Position numbers and translations under genes: made by a program. The notes beneath the pieces were generated by a model that worked only from the letters and a program-made list of their open reading frames with translations, searched no databases and was not told the DNA's origin. A stretch of 39,246 bases of DNA from Podarcis muralis (taxonomy: Eukaryota). The DNA lies in NCBI RefSeq assembly GCF_964188315.1, contig NC_135659.1, forward strand, positions 56,978,001-57,017,246, given 5' to 3'. Shown here in pieces: positions 11,067 to 22,862 of this stretch. Position 1 is the stretch's first letter. The number at the start of each line of letters is the position of its first letter.

Positions 11067-12448
11067 ACACATGCGTGAAAATGTAATAATAAAAAAATAC
11101 CACTGCCTATATGTCTGACCTCTCCTTGGGGATATGACCATGTACTGTCTTTGGGGCCTTTATAATGAGCTCCTACACTTACCAGTACCCTACTGAAGAT
11201 GCTATGGTGAGCAGCGGGCAAAGGGAGACTTCAGCTCCCTTCACTCTCATGTCCCCTTTTGTTCTAAAAATCAGACCTCACCTCTTGCAAACCCATGTTT
11301 CAGCAAATTAGTCTGCAGCGTTCATGTGTCGTCTGAGTGCCAGACTCTTGCCCCATTTTTGCCTGTCTCTCAAAACATTCATCTGCTTTCCCAGACTACA
11401 GAGCTTCAGTAATGATTCGCTCAGGGATTGCCTTGCTGAAAGAAACCTGATGCCGGAGCCAAGCACGCAAGGATCAATGAAGTCACCAAGCTAGCATCCA
11501 TGTACATCAAGAGCTCTGTCTGATTAGAACAGCACATTCCAGTTAATTTCTTGGATTTCACTGGCTGTGGGGAGCTACCAATGAAAGTAGCACCACCAAG
11601 AAAAAGAAAAACCCCACAGCTTCATCAGACAGGGCCAATGGTACATTGCTCCATATCCTGTCTCTGAGAGAGGCTCAGATCTCCTACCAGCACAAAGCAA
11701 TAAAAGTACCAATCCCCTCCCAACTTTGTCAAAAAGCAGAGAGAGCACAGTGAATTTTGTAGCCCCTGCAGCTCCCCATTCCTCATACGGACTGCAGACT
11801 CGGTATCTTGAAAAGACTCACAAATTGCCATCCCATCACAGATTCAGCACTAAAGCACAGTGGGTTTGTGACTGCCAGCACATCAAAATTAATTTTAATG
11901 ACAAAAGAGGCTATTCTCTGAACACCTGTTCCTACTCGCTATATTTTGCACATCAGAGAATGTCACTTGCTCTTTCCTCCATCCAAAACATCTGGATCAC
12001 CTAGATGCAGGGAAGGGATTCCTCTCTCTCAAAGAATGAACAGTTGGGATGGAAGACTTAATTTGAGAGTTGAAGACTCCTGGCATCTTATTTAGTTATT
12101 TATTATTTATCAACATTTATATATTTCTTGACTGTAAACAGAACCTTTTAAGTGATTTACAGTTTTTCCATTAAGTTCTCTTTGGGGCACATACATTTGC
12201 CAAAAACTCTGGTTATGGTCTAACCCAAGTTAGGAAAGGAAGGACAAAGAGTGTTTTGCTTTCCCATCAGCTCCACCCAAGATCAATCCCAGAAGGCAAG
12301 GCACCTGAATCTGCTGTGGTGGCTGCTGCCCATTGGAAGTAGTAAGTGAGAAGGCAAGGAGGCCATGTAAGAGAAGCCAGAGCCATTGAGAGGTAGAGCC
12401 AACTAATTCTAGTCTTGTCCCCATCCTACCCACTGCTGAGATCTACTT

Positions 12449-12815
12449 AAGGGTAAGGGGTAAAGGGACCCCTGACCATTAGGTCCAGTCGTAACCGACT
12501 CTGGGGTTGCCTGCTCATCTCGCTCTATAAGCGGAGGGAGCCGGTGTTTGTCTGCAGACAGCTTCTGGGTCATGTGGCCAGCATGGCTAAGCCATTTCTG
12601 GCGAACCAGAGCAGTGCACGGAAACGGCGTTTACCTTCCCACCGGAGTGGTACCCATTTATCTACTTGCACTTTGACATGCTTTCGAACTGCTAGGTTGG
12701 CAGGAGCAGGGACCGAACAACGGGAGCTCACCCCGTCGCGGGGATTCGAACCGCCAACCTTCTGATCGGCAAATCCTAGGCTCTGTGGTTTAACCCACAG
12801 CGCCACCCGCGACCC
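12449..12815 (-). mobile_element. Sauria SINE, full length
   Basis: Antisense of the Sauria consensus (GGTAAAGGGACCCCTGACCATTAGGTCCAGTCG...GGGATTCGAACC...TTTAACCCACAGCGCCACCCGCGACCC); 12-bp TSD TGAGATCTACTT at 12437-12448 and 12816-12827. Confidence 0.95.
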
Positions 12816-13212
12816 TGAGATCTACTTGCACAGCAGTAATACTGAGGAGGAAGCTGGCAGGGTTGTAAGTAAGAAGGCAGGCAAGTGAGGGCTGGTTGAG
12901 GGCAGCTGGTGGTGCAGTGCCTCATTCACCCGAATGGACTAGCTGCTAAACTGCCACCCAAAAAACTGTTCATACATGAGTGCCTAGTGGAAGTTTTCAG
13001 CATGCCTTATTACAAAACTCTCCTAACTTTCAAAAGCAGCAGAAAGGTTACTGCTTAAGAGGAGACATCTAAAGCTCCTTTGGGCTCAGAGAATACGTTT
13101 TATCATGACTCTTTGAGTCCTGACCCGTATCTCAAAACACCTTTCCTTCCACTGGGACTACAGGCCTTCCAGGTGGGCACAGATTTACTGCAGACATTCC
13201 TCCTTATGCAAC

Positions 13213-13272
13213 TGTTGTTGTTGTTGTTTAGTCATTTAGTCATGTCCGACTCTTCATGACCCCATGGACCAG
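13213..13272 (-). mobile_element. Extreme 3' end of a BovB (RTE-clade) LINE
   Basis: Reverse complement reads CTGGTCCATGGGGTCATGAAGAGTCGGACATGACTAAATGACTAAACAACAACAACAACA, matching the recalled BovB 3' terminus with a (CAA)n tail. Confidence 0.75.
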
Positions 13273-13675
13273 AATTGGCAACTAGCCAATTCAAAATATG
13301 AGGCCATTTTAAATGGAGAAAGGAAAAGGAAAAATGTAATGGAGAAACTCTGGTTGGTGATCATCCAGCACCAATGGCAACTTCCCTCCTGGGGCAGGTA
13401 ACAGCTTGGAAAGTTGGGTCCACCAGGACCTCAGTACAGGCAGTAAGACCCCTTTCTATATATACACTATGAACCATGTTCCCAAACAGGGATCCCCACA
13501 GCTGCTATTTTTAAAATGAAATGAGTATGTATACATATTCAATGTATACATGAGTGCTAGAGGAACTACATCTGGTCTGCAAGCCAGGTCCTTACATTCC
13601 TCCACCCACCCACAGGCCAACTTTGATAGGTGGTCAGATATTATGACATCTGGTAACAACTTCAAAGTGGCTCAC

Positions 13676-13823
13676 TCTCAGAGTCAATCAACTGATTGGC
13701 ACTAATAGCACACCTCTTTGAAAGTTTGCTGTCAGTGCCAATATCTGATTGATACTGAGAACACACCTTCAAAGGGGTTCAATGTAATCATTGATTTGAT
13801 TAGTTAAACAAGCCCCTTTGAAG
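13676..13823. other. Two adjacent imperfect inverted repeats (hairpins) outside any recognisable TE
   Basis: Hairpin 1 (13676-13760): arms TCTCAGAGTCAATCAACTGATTGGCACTAATAGCA and TGCTGTCAGTGCCAATATCTGATTGATACTGAGA with a 16-nt loop. Hairpin 2 (13767-13823): perfect 11-bp CTTCAAAGGGG/CCCCTTTGAAG plus inner TAATCA/TGATTA. Confidence 0.85.
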
Positions 13824-14779
13824 TCCCTTTGCAGGCATGGTTGGGATTTAAATCACACCTGCAAACATACATTTTTCCTCTGTGGGCCACAAACATTTAA
13901 TGAGACAATTACTTTTGTCACCTGTGAATCGCTTTTTCCTTTCTCAAAGCTCGCCACCCTTTGCTCCTTCACATAACCTTCTCTGGGGAAAATGCAGCTA
14001 ACAAAATGTCATGGTGAAGCTCTGGTTCCTCAAAACAACACTCTGTAATTATATTTTCCCATTGCGAAAAAACCAAAAAAAACACACACAAAAAAAACAC
14101 AAATGAACTCCAAATGCTTGTTTTTAATTAAATCACCACAAAAGATTCTCCCTGGAACAAAAGAAGGAAGTTGCCTCTTTAGGATCACCCTTTTAGCTGA
14201 ACAACAACAGGGCTTTTGTTTATTGGTTTTTACAGCTCAATTTAGAAGCACAGTTTTCTCCAAGGTTCTCCTTTCTGTTTTATTTTCAAGTCAATTGCTT
14301 CTTAGACCAATTTCTCCATCTGCATAAATGGCCCTTTTATCATCATGGGCTGAAAGGATATGGACGAAGTAAGCAAACATTAGCTATCTCCCAGGGGATT
14401 CCCTTCTTTCACTTCTTTGCTGCCAGCAATCTATTTGGAAAGCATCTCAGCCAGAGGAAATATGTACCTTCAAGGCCACAAACAACTTGGCTTGGCAAAG
14501 TTTTGAATCCTGGAGTAGTCAGGAGCTGTAACTGGAAGCTCCAGAAAAGCAATGAAACAATTTGAATGAAGCATTGCCCTTGAAGCACCCTGTCCCATTG
14601 GTATGAGGGGGACCATTTCCCCTTGATCTAAGTCAGTTCCCCATTCCTGGTCTAAGGTATAGTCATGATTGAATGAACCCCAATAGCTGAAGTGTGGCTT
14701 CCTAACTTTTGCACTTGATGGCTCCCCAGTAGTGTATTCTCTCAAGGTTTCTCTCATGACAACTTTGGACTACAAGGCA

Positions 14780-15838
14780 TGTTAGAGCAAAACTATGAAG
14801 GAGTTTGAAAGACAAGGTGTTTACACTGACTGCTGAGAGGATAGAAAGCCAATGGAGGCAACCTTGGTCTCAATTTGCTCGTGGGAAGCTTACCTTGGAG
14901 CATATGCTTCCTATTTTGCTTGATTCAAAGGGGACTAGTTTACCACAAGGGAACTGGCAAAGATGTCAACATTCCAGAATGACCACTCCCCACATTAAAT
15001 GGGGGGCGCCTTTTGCTTGGTCGCATGCAGCCCCCCCGGATCCCAGTGCAGCTCCCAGTAGCACGGGCTGGCTTTGCCCTCCCCAGGCTGGATACCTGGA
15101 GGTTTCTGCCTACCTCAGCCAATCGCCCAATCCTGCCTGGGGAGGCGTTGCCAGGGGATCGGCGTGGAGGGGGACCACCCTGCCCACACAACAGATGGTG
15201 AATCTTACCTGCGAAGCATCAGTTGGCTCCAGAGCTTCTCCCACCCTGCCCTCCCTCAGTTAAGCCTTCTTTGCAGATTAACCTCTTCTCCACAGGTACA
15301 TGGGCACTGCTACGTCATGGTCGCTGTTGAAGGACTGGAAAGGAATTTTCCTGCATCGGCTGGTTTTGCCTTTCCCGTAGCAAAATGTCACAACTTTGGC
15401 AGTTTCAGCCCTTGAGCAGAATCCTTTAGTCTATCTTCCTAAATGGGGGTGGGGGGCGTGAAGTTGTGACCCATCCCCCCTTGCGGCGGTGATCCCAGGG
15501 TTCCCCATTAAAGGGGTCTTGAGGGGAGGCATTGGCCATACGCCGAGAGGTTGTCATTGCTCTCCCCTGCGACGGCGGCAAAACGGGGGACAGGCTCTCT
15601 GCTTGAACTTATGTTCTCCAGTGCCAGCCCTATCCCCACACATTCTGGATAACCCTGATGTCTCCCCGATCCCTGGCTGAGGCCTGGGAAGGATAAACTC
15701 CCAATGCCTGAGCCAAGGTCTCCCTAAATCTGAAACTTAATAAAGTTGTGGCCAATTTTAACCCCATAGCACATTGTCTTGAGTCATTATTCTGCTCGGG
15801 GGTCGCCTGGGGTTGGGGGGACTCCGCCTGTCCATGCA
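14780..15838 (+). mobile_element. Unclassified CpG-rich LTR-like or terminal-repeat element
   Basis: Abrupt GC/CpG rise; TG...CA candidate termini; AATAAAGTTGTGGCC polyA-signal block at about 15739 followed by a U5-like end. No TSD or clear protein domain found, and boundaries are uncertain. Confidence 0.4.
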
Positions 15839-16313
15839 ATAAGTCTTGTAGTCCAGATCCATGATGGAAATCTTGGTACTCATCTCCTACCTACCCAGGA
15901 TACAGTCAACTTTTGTGAGAACCATAACAGATGACATGCACACACACACCTATACCATAACACAAATATCATGCAACAAGAGCCATTGATGGCTGCCATT
16001 GTGCCCAAGGACTTTAAGCATTACACCTGCCAAATGAACAAGCAGGTTTTTGCCATCCAGATCACAGAGTCATCTGAGAGATGATGGGGGTGCTTGACAC
16101 AAAGTTGTCATTATTTGGCCACAGTCCCATGGTCTTCATCCACCATTAGATACATACACAGCAGTATCTTGCCACCCTTAAAGATTTAGGTGACAGTAAG
16201 GATAGTCCACTTATCCAGTTGCATTAAAATATTCCACCTGCCCAAGTCTTTGGATCTGGCAAGCAGTGTTAGCCATTGCCACCAGCAACTGAAGAGGTCC
16301 AGAGGGTCGTATA

Positions 16314-16735
16314 TAGGAATAGGGAGGAATTCAGTTTCGTTCCCATATATATTAATAACAACCTACCTTGATTGTGCTTCGCAAACAGTATGTGAACCCA
16401 TCAAAATTTGTACTTCCCAATTTTGCAATAGAGCTCTCCAACCAAAGAATGTGTACATGCATACAAAAGAATATTAGTGAAATGCATACAAAAGAATATT
16501 AGTGAAAATGCAAAAACACATTACATTAGGGGAAATGGAACCACATAAAATGTGTATGTTAGTCAAAACTGCATGCAAATGTGGCTATTGGGAGAAATGC
16601 ATAAAACGCTAGTGAATTTTCACAAGGACTTAAAAAAAAGTCACAAGCTGATGTGGAAATGGGCTGAACCAAACTTAAGATTTGAAAAAATGAGAAACAG
16701 AGAGCAACCAAAGCTGACAGATTTGTCCATTATGT
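16314..16735. mobile_element. AT-rich non-autonomous hAT-like element, degenerate
   Basis: Ends resemble TAGGGATGG...AAATT / GACAGATTTGTCCAT; the 3' part is similar to 21750-21915. Confidence 0.45.
16457..16506. repeat. Perfect 25-bp tandem duplication
   Basis: ATGCATACAAAAGAATATTAGTGAA at 16457-16481 and 16482-16506. Confidence 0.95.
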
Positions 16736-18760
16736 GTGGCAACATCCCCATTCCACAAAAGTCCCCAGCCTAAAGTTCATGTAACACCTTTCATGCTAAC
16801 AGCACAAGGTGCTTTCCATTTAAAAAAAAATCAGCTAACTGAGGTTTAAAATTAAATTCCCCCAAAAGCCATTTAAAAGCAAATACGTTAACGCATCTCC
16901 TCCTCCTCCTCTCCTGCTTTCATACCTTCTCCCTTCCGCCCCCACCCCATCTCCCAGCGAAGCAAGCATACTCAATCTTTTTTGTCTCAGCAAATGGCTT
17001 TTAAGTTCCTCTCGTTCCCTCTAATTTATATTATTTTAATTATTGAATAGCCCTCTCACTCATCGCCTGGAACATTAACGCATTTTTAAAAGGGACCTAG
17101 GAAAATCAAACTCCATCAGTGATCTGTTTTTCTGTCTCAACTAACAGCCTCCAGCTCTCCCAGGAGACCCAGCGTTTGGCTGCTGCTTGCTGGGTAAAGG
17201 GATTGAGGAGGGGGAGAGAAAATCATGAAGGGGGGGGATGATGTCTTAGAAAGAAACAGATACCATTTGCTAATGCTGAAATTGTGCACCTTGGGCAGAG
17301 AACACGCTTGTGCTTTGTGGATATTACATTGCAGCTGCTTCAGCATTTGCATGATATTTACATTTATCTATGCTTTTCCCTGTATCTGTGTTGCTGCTAA
17401 GGGGTTTTTTGTTCAAACAAACTTTCTAGCCTAGGGAGGTTCCTATGTATAATAGGTGCTCAGCAAGAAAATATGGTAATTATAAAGTCTTCTTATTTCT
17501 GTTCAGCTTGCATAGGGGTGGGGGCACAAACTGGAGTAGATTAAACCTGACAGCAAAATGCTCAAATGCTGGTATTTGGGTCAAATACTGCTCTTCGGTC
17601 ATTTCTGCACCCTCATCCAAAAAACGATGGCAGAAATCTACCATGTTATCAATGAATTGGCTTCAGAGCCACAATCGCATTCATGGGCATTTGCATAGTC
17701 TTCCCCACAACATTTGCATATTCAGATTATTTAAACCTTTTCACTGTCAGAATAATCTTATTCTTCATACCAAACTCTATCCATTGTCGCAGTACTATAG
17801 CCCTTTTGCACCAAGCTATTTTCATCCTGGCTGAATTTAATTCTGCCTACCTACAAGGGAACGGCCATTTTCTGCAGCCTTAAAAGGTGGGCTTTGAACC
17901 CAAGTGTCAGCTCACTAGTCTATCCACTGAACCACACTGAATCACTTTTACATGACTGGTGTCCCATTAGCTCCCTTTCAGTCCTCCGGTTCAGAGACTG
18001 ATTTAGCGATTGGTTACAGCACAGCAAACGATGTTGTTTTGCAATTTCATATCTGAGTTCTTCAAAACTCCAGGATGAATATCCGGTGCTCCTGGTGACT
18101 TATTACTGTTCATTTTATCAATTTGCTCTAAAACCTGACACATCAATTTGTGGCAATTCCTTAGATTTATCACTTCAAAAGAATAGCTCAGGTGTGTTTC
18201 TCCCCAATGCCTTTTGCAGCAAAAGCTGAAGCAAAGAATTCATTTACTTTCTCTGCAGTGTTCCTATCTTCATTGAGTGCACATTTTACTCCCTGATGGT
18301 CACAGCTACAACAGCTCTCCTGCAGCTTTCTTCCTTCTAATGTACTTTTTAAAGAATCTATCATTTTTGTTATATCATATTATGTCCTACAAATTCCCGA
18401 CTGATCAGAATTATTAAAATCTTACAAAAGTTTGTGCTCCCAGCTATTCTCCTGCGCTTGGCTATTTAGTCATGTTGGCATTAAGGGTGGGATGCTTGTG
18501 CCTATATAAAGTGGGCTACTGGGGCTTGCTAGGTCCTTGCCAGCATCTGGCCCTTCAAGTAAGTCCTGATCCACAACACCAGGCAAGGCTCTGGAGGAAG
18601 CCACATTTGGACACTGCCAGGAGGCTCCACTTATAAAAAATGAGGGGGGTTTAGCCTGGGGCAGAAGGAACGGAGCAAAGATAGGGTGGATATCAAAACC
18701 TCAGAAAGATGGGGGAAGAACCCCAGTGGAGACACAGGCTGCCATAGCTAGACCCCCAAG

Positions 18761-19512
18761 TAACAACAATAATAATAATTTATTATTTATATCCCACCCA
18801 TCTGGCTGGGTTTTCCCAGCCACTCTGGGTGGCTTCCAACAAAATATTAAAATACAATAATCTGCTAAACATTAAAAACTTCCCTAAACAGGGCTGCCTT
18901 CAGATGTCTTCTAACAGTCTGCTAGTTGTTTTTCTCTTTGACATCTGGTGGGAGGGCATTCCACAGGGCGGGTGCCACTACCAAGAAGGCCCTCTGCCTG
19001 GTTCCCTATAACTTGGCTTCTCGCAGTGAGGGAACCGCCAGAAGGCCCTCAGTACTGGACCTCAGCGGTGAACGATTGGGGTGGAGACGCTCCTTCAGGT
19101 ATACTGGGCCAAGGCCGTTAAGGCTTTAAAGGTCAGCACCAAAACTTTGAACTGTGCTCAGAAACGTACTGGGAGCCAATGTAGGTCTTTCAAGACCGGT
19201 GTTATGTGGTCTTGGCGGCCACTCCCAGTCACCAGTCTAGCTGCCGCATTCTGGATTAGTTGTAGTTTCCGGGTCACCTTCAAAGGTAGCCCCACATAGA
19301 GCGCATTGCAGTAGTCAAAGTGAGAGATAACTAGAGCATGCACCACTCTGGCAAGACAGTCTGCAGGCAGGTAGGGTCTCAGCCTGTGTACCAGATGGAG
19401 CTGGTAAACAGCTGCCCTAGACACAGAATTGACCTGCGCCTCTATGGACAGCTGTGAGTCCAAAATGACTCCCAGGCTGCGCACCTGGTCCTTCAGGGGC
19501 ACAGTTACCCCA
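18761..19512 (-). mobile_element. L2 LINE 3' fragment, same family as 2245-4435
   Basis: High similarity to 2297-3015; (AAT/AAC)n tail; encodes GVTVPLKDQVRSLGVILDSQL...ARVVHALVIS...LHWLPVRF; 5' truncation after TTACCCCA. Confidence 0.93.
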
Positions 19513-19694
19513 GAGAGTATGGAGGCTTGGCCTTCCCTCCCATGCCAGAGGCTCTCTCCCCGAGCCCCATTGGGTGGCACTAGGATCCTCATGGGTGCCT
19601 CCTTGGGGACCAAGGAACCAATTTCCTCCCAAGCTGCCTCATTTGTCCAACAGCACTGGGAGTGTACCAGGTGGGAGGCCATGAAGTCAAAATC

Positions 19695-19830
19695 AGAGGT
19701 GAGAAGCAGTATTGCTTCTGAATACCAGTTTCTGCTTGGGTTCTGATTTAGGGTTCCCCCACAAGCATCTGGATGGGAAACAGGATGCTGAACTAGATGG
19801 CCCATTGACCTAATCCAGCAGGCTCTTATG
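19695..19830 (+). mobile_element. CR1-type LINE 3' UTR fragment
   Basis: GCAGTATTGCTTCTGAATACCAGTT...ACAGGATGCTGAACTAGATGGCCCATTGACCTAATCCAGCAGGCTCTTATG resembles squamate CR1 3' ends. Confidence 0.6.
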
Positions 19831-21749
19831 AGTGCAGAAGAAGTGTCCATTTTCAAGCCAGAAGGTTGACCCTTCAAGGGCTCTAGTGCTCAGAAAAAGG
19901 GAGGGGGTAGAAGTAGAGGTCCCAAAGGCTTTAGTTCACCTCCAACCATTCTTGGGTCAAGTTGCTCTCTTGGTGCTTTCCATGGTACTGTGTCAACTGA
20001 CCTGCCTTGCTGCCATTTCCCATGAGCTCTAATACTGACCAACCTTAAAGAAGCAGAGTCAGAATCACTAGCTTAGCCTTCAGCAGCCATGAGGAACTTC
20101 CAGCAGAGAGGCCTAATGACGCCCTCCAGGCCTTCCCATTAGGCTCACAAGGTTGTATTGAGCACGCCACCTGCTCTATACCTGACATCATATGTGTATG
20201 GCTCAGGTAAAGACTTAACTTGGTGAAAAAGGCAGGGCTTACATATGCTGCTGATCAACGGGGTCTGCAAAGTCCTACAGAGGCAAAGGAAAATGCTTGC
20301 TAAGTGCTGATGATCAGCTGGTTGTCAGCGCTTGCAAAGCACTGCACCTTTATCCACACAGTTTGACTTCAAACTGTTCGGGCAAAGGAAAATGGATCGG
20401 CTGATGTGATTGTGATGTCAAGCAGCTGACAGTGAGGCCACCCATCAAACTTGGTCCACAGAGGGGGAGGTATGGTTCTGGCCCACTGGCCAGATCCAAT
20501 CCCCCACCCCTGGTCTTCAAAGAAACCCATACTACTTGCCCCACACACATGCACATCAGCCCATCTGTTGCTGTAGTTCCTACCCTATCGTCTGGAATAA
20601 GTACTGGAATATGGTGCAGGAAATAAGATATAATATACTGAGAAATGATGAGGTGATAAGGTGAAGGCCACATAAGCACTTCTTATGGGCCTGACATCTC
20701 ACGTTGCATCAACCAATCACACTTTATTCCTATTTGTTTGGCAATAGAGTCTGTACCATGACTACTTAGCAGGTAGCTGCCTCTGTTCTGAATGAAAAAC
20801 GTGTCAAGCTATGGCAATCATTCAGCTATTAGGAACTGAGAGAAGATGTGATTTCACACTTTGGGTGTATAATCCGCAGCCCCATTATCCAATCATCTGC
20901 AATATCTGGTGTCAGGATGATATATATTAATATGGTTTCATATACTATCTATTAACGGGTTGGAAAGCAGATAAGTTGAGAGCATTAGTCTGTACAAGAC
21001 AACCACGCAGAGGCTTCTGAACATATCTTAACATTACAACGGAAGTGAAAGATGGTTGAGATTTATCATCAGGTCATATTTTATGAAAGAAAGAGTCGTC
21101 ATTCACCATTAGCAACTAATTCAACTGGATGAAAGAGTGTTCCCATTGGCTGTTGGATTATTTATGTGGCTCAGTTCCACTCCTGCCACATATTCACTGT
21201 GCAACCTGGGACAAGTTCCCTAAAATGCTCTTTGCAACAATGTAGCAGAAATTGGGCACTCCCTCTCAGTTTGAATCGTGTTAATTATCCATTTAGCATT
21301 TAATCATAGTAGCCAACATAAAGTAAGTGCTCATGCCCCTCAGAATGCCAACCCTTCTTCAAAGGGGGAGCATTTTTTTACACACCCCAACTCACCCCTC
21401 ATTTCCCAATCATCTTGTTATAAGGCTAGACAGATATTCCTCCCTCCCCATCACCCACCTTTCTTATCCATCTTACCTGTTCAGACTAAGTTAGGAGAGG
21501 GCAGCATTAATCTCTCAGTCACAGCACATACAACATACTGCTTATTCTTGCTGAGCACCACATCAGCATAGTAAGTTACAACTCAGCCTCTGTAAGACAA
21601 TCCACTGAACGGCAGGACTCTCTTAATGTCACACTCAACTTGCTCTTTCCTATCAAATGCACAGCTGCTTGCCATAGATTGCTCGCATATCCTGTGCTCA
21701 TTCCAGACATATTGTCAGGAGCACAAATAACAACAATGTATCCCAACAA

Positions 21750-21915
21750 GCTGAACTTACCTATATTGGAATGCAGTCAAAACTGCAGATAAAAATTAAA
21801 ATGCTGATAGATTTTCATGCAGATTTTTTTAAAAAAAAAAAATTCAGATGGCTGCAAAATGTGGAAAATTGAACTCAAGACTGGAAAAATGAAATTGACA
21901 GATCCTCCTCTCCCT
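21750..21915. mobile_element. End fragment of the hAT-like family seen at 16314-16735
   Basis: AAAATGTGGAAAATTGAACTCAAGACTGGAAAAATGAAATTGACAGATCCTCCTCTCCCTA parallels 16650-16735. Confidence 0.45.
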
Positions 21916-21918
21916 ACT

Positions 21919-22180
21919 TGAGACAGGGCTTTTCCTGCTGCAGCCCCCCAGCTGTGAACTCCCTCTGGAGAGAGGTCAGACTGCTCCATCTTTACCTAAC
22001 TTTAGGTGCACTGTAAACATTATTTTTTTCTGCCTGGCTTTTGCTGGATTCTAAACTTCATCCTTTATATTTGCTTTTTTCTGTTTTAATTAATGCTTTC
22101 ATATGTGTGGTTGTTTCCATATTTCTTGTTTTATATTAGCTATAACCCTGGGGGCAGGAAGGCAATTAATAATAATAACA
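21919..22180 (+). mobile_element. Old L2 3' end
   Basis: GACAGGGCTTTTCCTGCTGCAGCCCCCCAGCTGTGAACTCCCT parallels the RAFSVVAP.LWNSLP coding segment; T-rich UTR and TAA tail follow. Confidence 0.5.
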
Positions 22181-22604
22181 GCACCAGCACTGCATCCATT
22201 TGGCAGCTTCCTCACAGACACACATGCACCTGATTTTAGGGCACAGGAACAAATAGCAAGGTGCTTTGTTTTGCTGACACTTTACCAGCACTAGCTCCAT
22301 TCTACACTACTAATACAGTATCTGGTCATAGTGCCATCAGGTCAGGACTTTGGGGCAAATATCCAGAGCCCCACTCAGCAAAATGAATTGGTGAGCCTCC
22401 AAATGCAGCAGGGCTGGCTTCTCACATTTGGAAGGAAGTGTGAAGTAATACACATTATCATCTAAAGAAGCGGAGCCAGAAGACCATTAAGTCCAGAGTC
22501 TAAAATTACTTAGCCGCACCACTGTATATAGTCCCCACACTATGGCGAGCTCTGTTCTGCTGATATGCTGAGAATTTCACATACTCACACTTTTCCCCTG
22601 CAAG

Positions 22605-22862
22605 GAAGAAGAAGAAGAAGAAGAGTTTGAATTTGATATCCCACTTTATCACTACCCAAAGGAGTCTCAAAGCGGCTACCATTCTCCTTTCCCTTCCTCC
22701 CCCACAACAAACACTCTGTGAGGTGAGTGGGGCCGAGAGACTTCAGAGAATTGTGACTAGCCCAAGGTCACCCAGCAGCTGCATGTGGAGGAGCGGAGAT
22801 GCGAACCCGGTTCACCAGATTACGAGTCTACCTCTCTTAACCCCTACACCACACTGGCTCTC
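22605..22862 (-). mobile_element. tRNA-CORE SINE (Squam3-like) with (TTC)n tail
   Basis: Reverse complement begins AGAGCCAGTGTGGTGTAGGGGTTAAG...GGTTCGCATCTCC (A and B boxes), contains CTGGGTGACCTTGGGCTAGTCAC (CORE) and ends in (TTC)n. Confidence 0.85.

Noticed and set aside
11843-11865. Possible REST/NRSE site TTCAGCAC
   Set aside because: Only the left half-site matches; the GGACAG half is missing.
13695-13716. ATTGGCACTAATAGCACA resembling the miR-96 seed family
   Set aside because: Only the seed and a few bases match, and no miR-183/96/182 cluster is present; kept only as part of the unnamed hairpin finding.
17560-17850. Cys-containing minus-strand translation (CKCCGEDYANAHEC) as a zinc-finger fossil
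   Set aside because: Multiple stops and spacing that fits no domain I can name.
19158-19877. 239-aa minus-strand ORF
   Set aside because: A chance fusion of antisense CR1/LTR-like sequence to the truncated L2 RT C-terminus; no evidence of a gene.
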